Shown piece by piece: positions 41,299 to 55,033 of a stretch of DNA of 64,000 nucleotides. The stretch is from assembly GCF_006345805.1 (NCBI RefSeq), contig NC_042997.1, forward strand, positions 71,920,001 through 71,984,000, in the 5' to 3' direction. The notes under the pieces are model-generated. The model did no database searches, was not told where the DNA came from, and saw nothing but the letters and a program-made list of their open reading frames with translations. Made by a program: the position numbers and the translations under genes. Positions within the stretch are counted from its first letter, which is position 1. Every line of letters starts with the position of its first letter. This stretch comes from Octopus sinensis. Lineage: Eukaryota.

Positions 41299-41520
41299 GC
41301 GAGCTGGCAGAAACGTTAGCACGCCGGACGAAATGCGTGGCCGTTTTCGTCTGCCGTACGTTCTGAGTTCAATTCCGCCGAGTCGACTTTGCCTTTCATC
41401 CTTTCGGGGTCGATAAATTAAGTACCAGTTACGCACTGGGTCGATGTAATCGACTTAATCCGTTTGTCTATCCTTGTTTGTCCTCTCTGTGTTTAGCCCC
41501 TTGTGGGTAGTAAAGAAATA
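41299..41520 (+). mobile_element. SINE family S2, near full length
   Basis: A-box-like GAGCTGGCAGAAACGTTAGC, B-box-like GAGTTCAATTCC, tail ending GTAGTAAAGAAATA; multiple homologues in the window. Confidence 0.85.
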
Positions 41521-42307
41521 TATATTGATAATAATAGAATCTATGTATTGTTTTTCTAGTATTAGCGTTATTAATAATAATATGAAGGATGATATTGATA
41601 GCATTAGTGGTAATGACAAAGATAATGATGCTAACATTAATGACATTTTGGAAATTAATAAGAATTAATATAATGTACTCTTGAATCTGTAATCTGCATT
41701 TAGGTATTAAATATGTGTAGTTTTTTCTACATTGTGATTATCACAATATAAGTTGAAAAACTGTAACATTGAATGTGGAACATGTGTATGTTTATTAATT
41801 ATATTATTTATATCCATTATGTATAGTATAATTTATATGTATATGAGTATGAGTATATACACTCTATGTATATGTATTGTTTTATTGTGGGTATGTACAC
41901 AACACCTGTATAAATATGTATGTAATCTGATTGTATCACATAATCTCCGAAGAGGCCTTAGGATATGTTTGTAATGTCTCATTTATAACTACATATTGAC
42001 CTACTGGCTAATATAAGTAAAATGAGACATACTTATCTACATGGCCGAAACAGCTGTAAGATGTAGTCTATATTTATATTTATATGTACTTATATTATAT
42101 GTACTTATACATATTCTACTTATTGTATAACATTATTCTTTTATGTACACTCCTTCATGTACACTGTTTTGTTCTACATTATTATGTTTAACCTTATAGT
42201 TTCTTATGTGGTGGTTTAATAAAGTATGTGATTGAGTATTATCAGGTAATTGATATTTGATTTCATGTATTTCTCCATTTTTTCTTATTTTATATATATT
42301 ATATATA

Positions 42308-42363
<56 letters not shown>

Positions 42364-42689
42364 ATATTATGGTTATATACTAAATTAAAAAAAGCGAAGA
42401 AGAAACACAACAACAAAAAGCAACAAACTCGACCGTGGTGGTACGTGCAAAGTATTAGCATACGCTCAGGGAAGGAAAGAAAGGCAGTTTTTGTTTCAAC
42501 CCAAGCTCTTCAGAACAAGAGACGGAGAAAGTGAGGAGAAGGAGGAAGGAAAAGAAATGGAATCGCCAACGATCCACATGTGTGTATATAATATATATAT
42601 ATATATATTATATATGTGGTGTGTGTGTGTGGGTGTGGTGTATTTGGTGGGATCATATATATATACATACACGCACATTTATGCATATA

Positions 42690-42960
42690 CTAGCTGATGT
42701 ACCCGGTAATTCCTGGGGGTAAAGTTGTTCTATTGAAACGCCTTATTACTCTGATATAAGAAAGCAGTTTCGTTATAATCGCCACAAAAGGTGTATTTTC
42801 CGTCACAAAAATGTACAAAAAGACTGTCAGCTAGAGGAGGGAGAGATTGTTGGAGGTTGGCGACAGAGGTTTTCGGAGGTTTGCGAAAAAGATTTCGGAG
42901 GCTGGTGAGAGAGGTTATACAAATATATGAATGAAGTGTTTGAAGAAAGTGCAATAATAA
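42690..42960 (-). mobile_element. Helitron-type 3' end of a non-autonomous element
   Basis: Plus strand TA|CTAGCTGATGTACCCGGTAATTCCTGGGGG mirrors the 21204 terminus (CTAG plus imperfect GC hairpin); upstream extent uncertain. Confidence 0.5.
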
Positions 42961-43440
42961 CGTTCGCACTCAACTATCGAAAATCAGCCAGAAGGATAGA
43001 CATTGTTAAGGACAAATGATTTTTTGGATGTCTGTTATCTCCATTCCAGCCAGTGGTGGCCTAGAAGAGGTTAGAAGGGTCAAGTGGCAAAGACATTATT
43101 CTGCTTAACGAAGGCATCTGGGAAATGTATAACTACTGTCATTAACATATAAGCCCTCAACTGAAAAAAGTAGGCTTTCCGTACGCGTGGTATTCCTGTC
43201 CACAGTTCTTTGTTAACGCGACTAAGTGTGTTACCGATTACACCAGCGAACCAGCCTGCTCTTTCCTGTCAAATTTTAAGAATTATATTAGTTCGTAGTT
43301 GTTTTTGTAAACAAACTTTATATGCTTTCGGTGCGAATGGTTTTGTTAAGCGGTGTCGAGTTTTACAATTCTTTAAATAATAATAATAACAAGTGTATTT
43401 TTTATAAGCTTAAAGCTTATAGCGATCACCTTGCAAATGA

Positions 43441-43489
<49 letters not shown>

Positions 43490-43729
43490 CGAGCTTTCAG
43501 TTTCCATTTGCCAAATCCACTCATAAGGCTTTGGTCGGTACGAGGCTATAATAGAAGACTCTTGCCCAAGGTGCCTGCAGTGGAACTAAACCCGGAAGCA
43601 TGCGGTTGGTAAACAAGCTACTTTATTTCATAAAATTTGTCATCATAGACAGTACAAAGAGTGTGTAGCTTTGCGGGCTGGACAAACGCATTAATGAATG
43701 AAAATGGAATAGAATGAATAAATGAGAGA

Positions 43730-46030
43730 CGAAACCAAACACCCGCCGATTGGATTTTTCTCGAAAACGTATTTTCTTTTTTTTAAAAATCAATATGAGG
43801 TTTCAAACCTCTTACAAGAAGGAGGCACTAAAACCTCTTACTTAACATGTTTTTTTTAAACACAATTGAGGTTATAAACCACTACAAATAATACAATAAG
43901 ATGAGGTTTCAAACTCTATAACGAGGGTCTTTCACCTCCTACTCTTCGATATATCCATCGATGTATTCATCATTATCTTCAATGCCGCTTGAGTTCCTGT
44001 ATCCCGCCATTTCCTATGCCTAACTCATGTAGGACATGTAAGTCGTGTAAGGGCCACCCGGCCATATGCGACACTCCTCCCCAAATCCATTAAGCCTTTC
44101 CCACAAGGGAAACCATATGACCTCCACAGCTATCTGCGGAGCCATTCGGGATCCCGTGTGAAGGGCATATCTACTGTCTCTTTACGTTCTTCTACTATTT
44201 TTCCACCTCCCTGCCCTTATAGAAAAAGATAATTAATTGATCATCTTTAAGGGTGGGGGTGGTTTCTTCCACCGTGGGTGGCACAACTTCGGAACATGCA
44301 GACGGCACATCATCTCCCCGCTGAGATGACCAGTTCTTCTTCCTTCTTTTTTTGTTTTCTTCCTGACTTCGGGAGAGTGGAGCTCTTCCGCTTTGTCCGG
44401 AGACTCTTCCCCGCCTCCCGAAGCCATAGGTTCCTTCGGCGGGCAACTATTGTTGCCCGCCTTCTTCCTTTTTAATCCTTTTTGAGTTGAGGAGGCTGAA
44501 CCATTCTCGACCACATCCACCTCTCCCTTTGACCGGGTAGGGGAGGTGGCATCTAGTGACTGTTCCAGGACCTTACCATGGTCCTGGGGGCAGTTCCAAA
44601 AGGCACGAGTGACACTTGGGGGGACGTCCCTCAAGTATCACCGGATACCTGCAGCCAGCCATTTTCAAGAAATCTGGAAAAACCAGATCTATTGCGGCCG
44701 GTGGAGTCCACAGGGTCAAAATCGCTTTTGACCCTTCCCAATCGACCGCCGGTAAACATTTAAGAGCCTGTGACCGCCATCCCCCAGTCCCCGTCGGATG
44801 GTATCTTCAATCCAATCCGCTTCGATGCCTGGGGGTAACCCACATACCCAGGCTCTTATTAATTTTCTCCCGCAATATGACGGAAGGAACAGAATTTCCT
44901 TGCCTTCTAAAGGCTGACTCGCAAACTGGCGGGCCTTTTCCCCGTTGTCAAACAGCAACCATACGGTTACATGTTTGACACCACGGGATATATATTTTAC
45001 CGAGGACAAATGTTCTTGAAGTTCATTTTTTATAACTTGCTTGGGGAAGATGGTGATGGAATTAAGAACTTTAGAATAAGTTCTAAGCACCACCGTCTTC
45101 TCCTCCATATCTTTTAACCACTGCTTAGGCGGGTTAATTTCCCACTCTAAGACAGAGATTTTCTTTTTAAGTTCCTTCTTTGCCATGTCAAAAAACAGTT
45201 CAAAAGTAGTTCAAAAGACAGTCTGCCAAAAAATTAAACCGAATAAAAAAATAAAACAAAATAAAAGAGGAGGGGAGGAAACTGAAATTAAAGTAAGGAA
45301 AAGAATGAACCAAAATTTAGAAAGAAAGAAAAAATAGAAGGGAGAAGTAAAAGAAAAACCTCACAAATAGCACAGACAGGGAATCCTTTGTATAATACTC
45401 CAAAAAGGTAATCCAAATGGCTTCTTCCAGTTCGGAAAAATTGTACTTTTTCTGGTGAGATACGCCTACTAGAATTTACAAAAAGAATTTTCAAGCAAAA
45501 ATTCTCAATTCACCGTTACGGTGATGAGAACCCAGTATTTTTCTCACTATAGCGAGCCATAATTGACAATTTTTCTTTTTGTTCTTTTTTCTATTCACGG
45601 AGCCCCCAAAAACTCTGCCATGTCAAAACACAGTTAAAAATTAGTTCAAAAGATAGTCTGCCAAAAAATTAAACCGAATAAAAATAAAACAAAATAAAAG
45701 AGGAGGAATGGAAACTGAAATTAAAGTAATGAAAAGAATAAACCAAAATTTAGAAAGAAAGAAAAAATAGAAGGGAAAAGTAAAAGAAAAACCTCACAAA
45801 TATCACAGACAGGGAATCCTTTGTATAATACTCCAAAAAGGTAATCCAAATGCTTATTCTTGAAGTTCGGAATACGCCCACTAGAATTTACAAAAAGAAT
45901 TTTCATGCAAAAATTCTCAATTCACCGCTACGGTGATGAGAACCCAGTATTTTGCTCGCTATAGCGAGCCATAATTGACAATTTTCTTTTTGTTCTTTTT
46001 TCTATTCACGAAGCCCCAAAAAATCATACT
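43730..46030 (-). mobile_element. Tx1/L1-like element carrying only an ORF1 (gag-like) region and a duplicated 5' UTR
   Basis: ORF 45186-44716 with RRM-like segments (VWLLFDNGEKARQFAS; AWVCGLPPGI), then after frameshifts a broken knuckle GxxPKCHSC...NCP and a Lys/Pro-rich tail; no RT or endonuclease seen. 3' limit approximate. Confidence 0.6.
45181..46022 (-). repeat. Direct tandem duplication, period about 435 bp (45181-45615 / 45616-46022)
   Basis: Both units begin on the plus strand with TGCCATGTCAAAA and end TTCACG.AGCCCC.AAAAA; unit 2 lacks about 30 bp. Confidence 0.9.
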
Positions 46031-46281
46031 ACGCACACCGCTAGGCTATGTGTCCTCATATATATGTTTGTGTGCGTGTGTGTGTTTGTGTATGTGTAAT
46101 ATGGACAGCATGAAGTCAATTGATATTGGGGTATGTAAACTACCTTCAAATTCCATCCTGAAGGTAGGCCTATTTTTGAAATGTTCATTGCATTGCTCGT
46201 GTGTGTATTTATCATAGGATTGGTGGCTTTTTGAAGCTTTCGGTTTCATTTTTGGCAAGCGGTATTTTTACTCTTCTTTTA

Positions 46282-46325
<44 letters not shown>

Positions 46326-46326
<1 letters not shown>

Positions 46327-47125
46327 TCAGGGTGCGATGGGCAAATTATCACCATTTTATATTTTTAATTTCGCGAATGAGCATTGTTTGTTTTTGATTT
46401 TGCCGATTACACAGTATAGTAGGATCGGTTGGGCACCGTTTGTGAGAAAAACAACACCATGGCGTAATTCACTCAGCTAGAAATTTGGAAATGTCAAGCT
46501 GTATTGCTTGGCATTCATGCCAGAAGCTCCAATTCGAACATTTCAGCGTCTTTGGGGGTCGATCTAAGTACAGTGTAATCTGACGTCATGTACCGAGAGT
46601 GATAAAACTCAAACATCCAGTCAACATCATGGTGTTTGGAGTGATTATGAAGGATGGTGACGTTATGCCTGGAGGAGGTTGTGCTGCCCTGGATCAAGAG
46701 GGTGGCTGCTGGAAGACCCTATGTCTGGCAAGACACTATGCCACACAAGCAGGAGAATCCAGTCATGGATGTCAAACAATTTCTGCGATCACATCACCCC
46801 TAATATCTGGCCACCAAACTCCACACACTGCAAACCCTTGATTATTATGTGTGGAGTGCAATTGAGTGAGAGCCCAACAAAACTCCTTATAACACCAAAG
46901 ATGAACTGAAGGCAAAGATTATGGCAGCATTCACCAACTGAAACAAGAAGATCCGAAGTTGTCTGGAGGCCGTAGTTGAAGCCAATGGCTATTTTAATGA
47001 ATAAATATACTCTTTAGTATTTCAAGATATTTTTATGTAATTTTGGTAAATATATCTTTTGAAATGAAATGTCATTGTTATTTTCATTTTTGCGTAATTT
47101 AGACGACAATATATTCACCGCACCC

Positions 47126-47126
<1 letters not shown>
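46326..47126 (+). mobile_element. Internally deleted maT (DD37D)/Tc1-mariner DNA transposon with TIRs
   Basis: TIRs CAGGGTGCGATGG.AAATT.TC / GACAATATATTCACCGCACCCT in TA context; transposase remnants KHPVNIMVFGVI, NFCDHITPNIWPPNS, DYYVW. Confidence 0.85.
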
Positions 47127-47185
<59 letters not shown>

Positions 47186-47269
47186 AGGTCCCGAGTTGAT
47201 TCGGGGTTAACCACAGTAAATAAGGTACTCAATACATAGCAGAGTAAAATTAATTTATTATATAGAAGG

Positions 47270-47319
47270 AGCTTCTACAGGACTAGAACTGTTTCATTCA
47301 AGAGAAATCTTCAGGAGCT
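47270..47319 (-). ncRNA. HHR family H4, minus arm
   Basis: AGCTC | CTGAAGA | ... | GAAA CAG..CTG TA | GAAGCT; helix I 5' strand one T shorter. Confidence 0.75.
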
Positions 47320-47366
47320 TCCTGAAGATTTCTCTTGAATGAAACAGTTCTAGTCCTGTAGAAGCT
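47316..47366 (+). ncRNA. HHR family H4, plus arm (intact)
   Basis: Identical to 29682-29732. Confidence 0.85.
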
Positions 47367-47377
47367 CCTTCTATATA

Positions 47378-47458
<81 letters not shown>

Positions 47459-48170
47459 TGGTGACTCCGGCATCTTGGCTGTTCGGGCTTAGCCCAAGTA
47501 TAAATTTAATAAAGTGAACATGTATTTGCAAGCTGATATAATTTCTGCCAACTCTGACTTCAAGTATGTAATTACAGCCAATAACTCGGGCTCCTTTTAT
47601 TGAGCCTGGTCACCGTTCATTTATTCTCGTTCAGCGACTGGGTGTCTTGGTGGCCGTTCACACGCGCCTGACTCGGGCTCAGAAGTAACACGCCGAGTTG
47701 TTATCTATAATCGTAAAGATTAAAAGTAATTCAAGTTCAATGTTTTCTTGAAACGAAATTTTCTATAGAGATTAGGAGTTAAATTCCAATCTATGAAAAT
47801 TTTCCGTTCTACAATAACTCGAGCTAATACGAACGAGCCTGGTAGGAGTAAAATACTAACTTGGTATCTCTTGTCAAGAGTACAGGCGACAGTCAGATCG
47901 CTGATGTGTGTTGTTATTTGATTGTTGTTATTCTGTGCATCTGTGTGTAAAGATCAGTTGTGTCTTGCAGGGTTGCTTTATTTTTACCCTTAACCTAGAA
48001 ATGGAGAGAGACATAGTGCTAGATATATATATAACAAATGCGGCTAGAAATATTGCTGAAAACTTGAAATACTTCGAACAGACATGTGTCTTATGCGAAA
48101 TCTATAATGAGTCCGAATGACGCTGATGTATATATACACATACATACATACATATATATGTATATATATA

Positions 48171-48240
<70 letters not shown>

Positions 48241-48966
48241 TACCGTTTTTTATCTCGGGTGGGTCATTATGTCAGGTGCATTCTACTAGAGCTGCAGGTC
48301 GATCAATGCTTTGTGAGCGAATTTGGTACGCACACGCACACACACACACACACACGCATACACACATATTCACACACATGTCTATGTGTTTGTTTATAGT
48401 TGCCTACTGCCGGTGCTTACAAACCGGTGCTGCTTTATTTACGTCACCATTAGCAAGTGGTTCGGCAAAAGAGAATGTAGAATAAGTACCAAACTTTAAA
48501 ATAAGCACTGGAGGTGAAATGTTTGATTAAACCCACATGGCGGTGCTCCAGTGTGACTGCAGTCCAATGACTGACGCATGTGTATGCATATACATTATAT
48601 ATATTACATATAATCTTTCAGAGTTTATATTGTAATCCCTCAATATTTTGTTACTACATATATATGTATCTACATGTCTTGTGTGTGTGAATGTGTGTGT
48701 ATGCTTGTGTGTGATTGAGTGTGTATCCTTGCGTGTGCATATTTTTCTCGGTGACAAAATTGGCAGAGATCGGTGGAATCCAGACAAGTTTTATCTATCT
48801 TTCATGAAAAGCTGATAAGATCTGTCTGAGATGAGTTAACCATGCGAGCCAGTTCTACCTGGAATGGGAGGGTAATTCTTAGTTTGGTGTCTAAACTGAC
48901 ATGTTAACCCGGTTTACCAGGAAAAGAAGTAAAAATAAAACCACATGTACGTGTGTGCATAAATGT

Positions 48967-49000
<34 letters not shown>

Positions 49001-49101
49001 AAGCGCTCGAATTAAAATTAGTGCGGACGGTCAACTTCATACCTAAATTTGGGAGCTGTTATAATTCTCATAACTCAGAAATGAAAGAATGAATAAATGA
49101 A

Positions 49102-49137
<36 letters not shown>

Positions 49138-51272
49138 GGGAAACATTAAAACAAAAATAATACCCAGTGGTGTCAACTGAAACACTAATGGCATCTCACG
49201 AACCGCTTATGTGGAAAGTAGAGCATAATAAATAAGTAAATAACATTGATGGTTGGAACCACTCTAAGTCTGGTATTGATGTTATTGTGGTTGTTGTTGT
49301 TGTTGGCATTCTTCTTAGTGCTGCAGATATTGTTTTCAGAGTCTAAGGTTAAGTATGTGACAGGGAAGACATAGCACGTATAAGAAAGATATGTGATACG
49401 TATCATAGGTAATCTTTTTATAAATTTTCTGTTGATAAGGAGTTGGATGTTAGAGGTCAACACAGAACTGTGATTTGCAGCTGGTCAGAAAGCTGGAAGT
49501 CAAAGTGAGATTTGAAGTTGGAGGATTTGAACTCAGATCATGAAGTAAAATAACTAAAGTGACAACAACAAGCTACTCAATCCGTCATCTTACTGACTCT
49601 GGTACCAGACTGAAGGAGATAGCATTAATACTAATTTCCAAATATGGCACGCACAGTTTGAAAGAACGCTGCAGTCGTTGACAGAACTCGCCATAAGACC
49701 AATAGTAAATATTTTATCAACCCTACAAAGTAAATAAAATGAAATAACACTACAAATATCGCCTCAATAACGAGTAAGGATACAATGTGCAAGCAACTGG
49801 AAAATAACTGAAATTGATAAAGTCACTAATTTCAGACTGAAACACCACATCATTGCTTATCGAACCAGAATCAACTACCGAAAGGTTACAATTATTTCGA
49901 AAAGGAAAACCATCTTTAGTTTCTTTTCTAATAACATACAAATATCTTATTCTATGACTGGCTGCTCATCTAGAAAGTCTTAATGCATTACCAACGGTGC
50001 ATCTAAAGTATCGGAGCGATAGCTGTATGACCCTGAAGACAAGCCATGCTAACGAATCGAGTAACTGTGGAGCAGAGGAGAAACATGAACTGATTATCAA
50101 AACACATTTGGTAGAAAAGCACACCGCCTTCTAAGGAGACATTATATTTAAATAAAGCAACACTAATACAACCATTTTCTCCCAAACTTTGCCCACATTT
50201 GCTAGATTATATTAATAGTAGTCACAAATCCTATGGACAGTACGAATTATCTGCTCTATATTGATGACAGGATAACCACGAAAACTTTTCATCAATGCAG
50301 CTAGAATATAATATTAAGTATAAAATTAAGCAAATGTGTCAAAGCTTCTATAAAAAGAAGCACATAAAATTAGTTCAGCACTTTGAAATCAGCAGAATCA
50401 CCCAGTCAAACACTTAGGATTAGATAGTACTGGTAAGATAAAATACACAGAGATGAAAAAGAAAACAGAAAATAGCGAAGGAAGATTTATATCAAAACCT
50501 GAACTCAATGCTGCAAGTTAGATAAAAAATAAATACATTTTTTCATTCCAGCATAAAACTACATTTTCAACATACTTAATTGGCGGCTAAGTGAAATAGA
50601 GTGCTGAGCTGAGATAGAAAAATTATTAACAACGGTCCGAAACTACCAGCAGCACAAAGCTGATTGAATAAGATATACCTACTCCAGACACAGTCTTAAC
50701 GAGGTCTGATACAAATAGAGAACTATTTATTATAAGGTTTCAAGAGTGAGATTGGAAAAGCATTGAAGGTAAACAAAAGGAAATGACTAACGTCTTAAAT
50801 GGCATAAAGAAAACATTTTACAAATATACAAAAACTGTGATGTTCAAAGTCGTAGATAACTCCCAATGAATAAAAGGATATAAGACAAAATAGGAGAAAA
50901 GGTAAGAAAACAAAATACGGAATAAAACTGCAATTCAAAAACACACTAGAAAAGGAAAAAGAAAATACTCTGTAAGGCGGAACGAAAGTCAACAATGCTT
51001 CAAAAGCTCTATGCTAAAACAGAAGCAGAAGATCAGATTTTAAGCTCACAAGCTCGATGACCATTCACAAATAAATAAAGACAAAACATGAAACATAAAA
51101 GAATAGAAACTAATATCAAGTGCAGACTTTTACAACGTGTACGATGGGAGAATTAGCCCCAAATGTTTGCTGCTCAGATCTTTCCGTATTTCTGTAATAT
51201 CCACAGAAACAATTGAGTCGATAGCTATATCGACTAGGAAATATATTGATACTTCCTCAAGTGAGCAGCTAG

Positions 51273-51315
51273 TCTGTGTTGATGAAGCGCAATAACCCTG
51301 AAACTAGTCCACAGA
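51273..51315 (+). ncRNA. Minimal hammerhead ribozyme, family H6 (C3U core variant)
   Basis: TCTGTG | TTGATGA | AGCG-CAATAA-CCCT | GAAAC-TA-GTC | CACAGA; 6-bp helix I; palindromic helix III ACTAGT; one helix II mismatch. Confidence 0.65.
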
Positions 51316-51629
51316 TGCTGTTTTATACTGGGCGGATGCTGAATTCCCGGTTCTAAAATATAAGGACACAGATAATGTGTCCTATAGCCAGCTAGAAACG
51401 ATGTTTCTTGAGGCTAAAAAACAGTAAGAACGTCCCTTCCAGGACAGCCATATTATGTTGGCAATTAAATTTTACTTTATTATATATATATATTGTTTCT
51501 GGTATAGATTAATATTACAAAGAAATATTACCGGTCCCTGGCACATTGGAAAAAAAGAACTGCCGGTACGCCACATCAGATACTTTCAGAAGCTCTGGTC
51601 TAAATTACTCTAAAATGAACATTATACTA

Positions 51630-52170
51630 ACATCTCATTTTAACAGATATTTACCAAAATTATATAAAAATATCTTGAAATACTAAAAAGTAAATTTGTC
51701 CAATAAAATCGGCCTCCAGACGACACCGGAATCTCCTGCAAATTTTCTGGACGGCCTCCTTGTTTGAGTTGGTGAATGCTGCCATAATCCTTGCCTTCAG
51801 TTCATCTTTGGTATTACAAGGAGTTTTGTTGGTCTCTCCCTCAACTGCGCCTCACACAATAATCAAGGGGGTTGCCGTGTGGGAAGTTATGTGGCCAGAT
51901 GTTAGGGGTGGTGTGGTCGCAGAAATTGTCTAACAACCATGACTGCGTCCTCCTGCTTGTGTGGCATGGTGCAGAGTCCTGTTGCCAGACAAAGGGTCTT
52001 CCAGCAGCCACCCTCTTGACCTAGAGCAGCACAACCTCCTCCAAGTACTTGATGTAGGCCTTCGTGTTGAGTTTGAGGCCGAATGGAAAGATGAATGGAG
52101 GCATAACGTCGCCATCATTAGTAATCACTCCAAACACCATGATGTTGACTGGATGTTTGATTTTTAAACA
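51630..52170 (-). mobile_element. maT/Tc1-mariner transposase 3' fragment, same family as 46326-47126
   Basis: IKHPVNIMVFGVITNDGDVMPPFIFPFGLKLNTKAYIKYLEEVVL; contains the segment deleted from the 46-kb copy. Confidence 0.85.
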
Positions 52171-52989
52171 AACGATGTGCGTGTGCGAAGTTAAAAATAT
52201 AAAATGGCGACAATTTACCCAGCATATATGTGTGTATGCGCGCGTGTGTGTGTGTTTGTGTGCGTATGTGTTGTATGTATGTGTGCGTGTGTATGTATGT
52301 AAAATATATTCATTAGACATGTATGGACTTGTTGCCCCACAGATGATGTTTCTAAATGAATATTAATATACAATTAAATATAACACTTCATAAAAGGCAA
52401 AATATCTATGAACCGAATCAGAATTAGTTACAGCTAAATGCAGAGCACCACAAAATTCCAAGTACTCCACACCAATAAATCACATTTGGAATATTTTATA
52501 GAAGGGTGTAGTCAAGAGGTAAGTTTTGAAAAACTACAAACAAAATGCGTTTTCAATCCCCAGGCTGAAACAGATGTGTCTAACTTCCCATTTTCTCGAC
52601 GCAATATACAATGCTGGCCTTTCTGCCTCGACAAAGTGATTTACACCCGAGTGAGACCTGAAAAATATGAATATTCGTAAACTTGAAGCATCTAGCCGGT
52701 CCATAAGTAATCGTCTTCTTAAAAGTGAAATCAAATTCAACAACAACTACAACAGTAGGAGTGATAACAAAGATAAAACAAAAAGAAAATAAAACAAGAT
52801 AATAAAAACACAAACAACACAAAATAGTTATAAATCAAACGGCAAAACAAGGAAACAAATCACGAAACTAAGTAAAAAGCCCAACAATGAATTTTAGTTC
52901 CGATCCCACCGAGAATAGCTTTGTTATTTTCATACTTTCGGGGACACGTAATGTATGTATATATGTATATATATATATATATATATATA

Positions 52990-53160
52990 GGCGCAGGAGT
53001 GGCTGTGTGGTAAGTAGCTTGCTAACCAACCACATGGTTGCCGGTTCAGTCTCACTGCGTGGCATCTTGGGCAAGTGTCTTCTGCTATAGCCCCGGGCCG
53101 ACCAATGCCTTGTGAGTGGATTTGGTAGACGGAAACTGAAAGAAGCCTGTCGTATATATG

Positions 53161-53191
<31 letters not shown>

Positions 53192-53395
53192 TTGTGTGTC
53201 TGTGTTTGTCCCCCTAGCATTGCTTGACAACCGATGCTGGTGTGTCTACGTCCCCGCCACTTAGTGGTTCGGCAAAAGAGACCGATAGAATAAGTACTGG
53301 GCTTACAAAGAATAAGTTCTGGGGTCGATTTGATCGACTAAAGGCGGTGCTCCAGCATGGCCGCAGTCAAATGACTGAAACAAGTAAAAGAGAAA
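52990..53395 (+). mobile_element. tRNA-derived SINE family S1, full length
   Basis: GGCGCAGGAGTGGCTGTGTGG (A box), GGTTCAGTCTC (B-box-like), internal (TA)(TG) microsatellite, tail shared with 281-756 and remnants at about 14.1, 18.2, 43.5 and 48.4 kb. Confidence 0.88.
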
Positions 53396-54803
53396 AGATA
53401 TATATATATATATATATATATAACATTAAGAGGAGAGAGAGAGAGAGAGAGGGAGGAAGAGAGAGATACGTGTGTGTGCGCAAAATTTAAAATGATGCCA
53501 GGATCAAATCTGCATTATGCATTTGACCTAGTTAACTGAATCGGCCTAGTTAACTCCCTACTTATCTTACGATTATAGATTAGAGTTAGATTCCGTTAAC
53601 ACTATGACCGAGAAAAGAATAAGCAGTGAGAGTGGGGAAAATATAGTTGAAATAAATATAAACAGTAAAATAGAAATTATATATACATAAGGAGTGGTTG
53701 GGAATCCACTTGTATTGCAAAGGAACTAGTTTGGCTCATCCGAGGATGTAATGGATCCGGGCCCTCCAAATGTTATAGTCATAACAAAGCAAAATGAATT
53801 ATTTGTTTAGAAACACCACTTTTTCCACCAACAAACCCGTTCCTACACAAAAACTCTTTCTCTTTCAAGGATATTTGATGGCTCATATAACTTAAGCCGC
53901 AGCTGTTTTCGTCTTTTTTTTTTCTGTGTATCTATAGATGGGTGTGTCTGTGTTTAATCCGAGTGCGCCTTTCTCATTTCCAAATTAAGTCAAAATGCAT
54001 AAAAGCCTTTGCCAGAGACAAAAGTTGCATTCTCACTGACTTTTTATGAAAATATATTTACATTTCAATATTTTTTGTTTTTTTAAGAAAAAATACTTTA
54101 TTGCTTAACTTTCATTTTGAATGCATGTTTTCAAATCGCTCTTATCTGAATCTAAAATATTAATTCTACAATGCATTTTTTAGTGAAAGAACCAAAAAAA
54201 TATGTCATTTTTCTATTTGAAATATATGTGTGCAAGTGTATGTATGTGTACGCTACAAAGCTGTAGATATGTAATATAAGAATGTGTATATGCCTGTGCG
54301 TATGTAAGCGCGTGAAACCACTCAAGGAATTATTCTTAATTTCCTGAAATGTTCTACTCCTTCTCTTATGAGTCGTAAGATTCCTTTCATTTTCTCTAAC
54401 TCTGAAGGAAATTTCAATAAGTTATAAAAGTATCAAGTATACTCCAAATTCATGTCGTCGCCCGCTTGAGTTACTTTTCTTGGTATCCTTTACTTCTCAC
54501 CACGAAAATTAGATCTGGTTAACAAATACTTAGTAAGTAAAAATTTATAAAGTTGTCTGGTATGCATGGTAAGCCTGAACAATGCAGATGAGGTCTATAT
54601 TTGTTCTCTGACAATCAAATTCCCTTTTTGCTACGCATGAAAATCCCCTCGAAAACTCATTTGTTAGTTTTTGAGAACTATGCATTGCCGTTAAGCTTTT
54701 GTTTTCTCCCTCTGAGGGAAATTTCAATAAATTTAGAGTATATTCTATATGGTACGCAATACAGTTACATTATGTGTCCGTAGATATATATATACATCTA
54801 TAT

Positions 54804-54845
<42 letters not shown>

Positions 54846-55033
54846 TAATGTAGGATAAAATTATGGCCAGCATATTAAAAAATAACTTTAAAGATTAAAT
54901 TTATAACTTATAAAATAAGGGCAAAAGAAAAATCCTAATGCCAAATATACCGTAAATAGACAAATTGTCAATAACCATTATAATTTATGCGTCTCGAAAC
55001 AAGCCGATAGAAATTTCTAAAAAAATCCGTTAT

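Larger units (their letters stand above)
47184..47383. mobile_element. Minimal family H4 inverted pair (palindrome 47253-47383 plus extension to 47184)
   Basis: Nearly identical to 29682-29818; palindrome centred on AGCT; TA/TG runs on both flanks. Confidence 0.85.
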
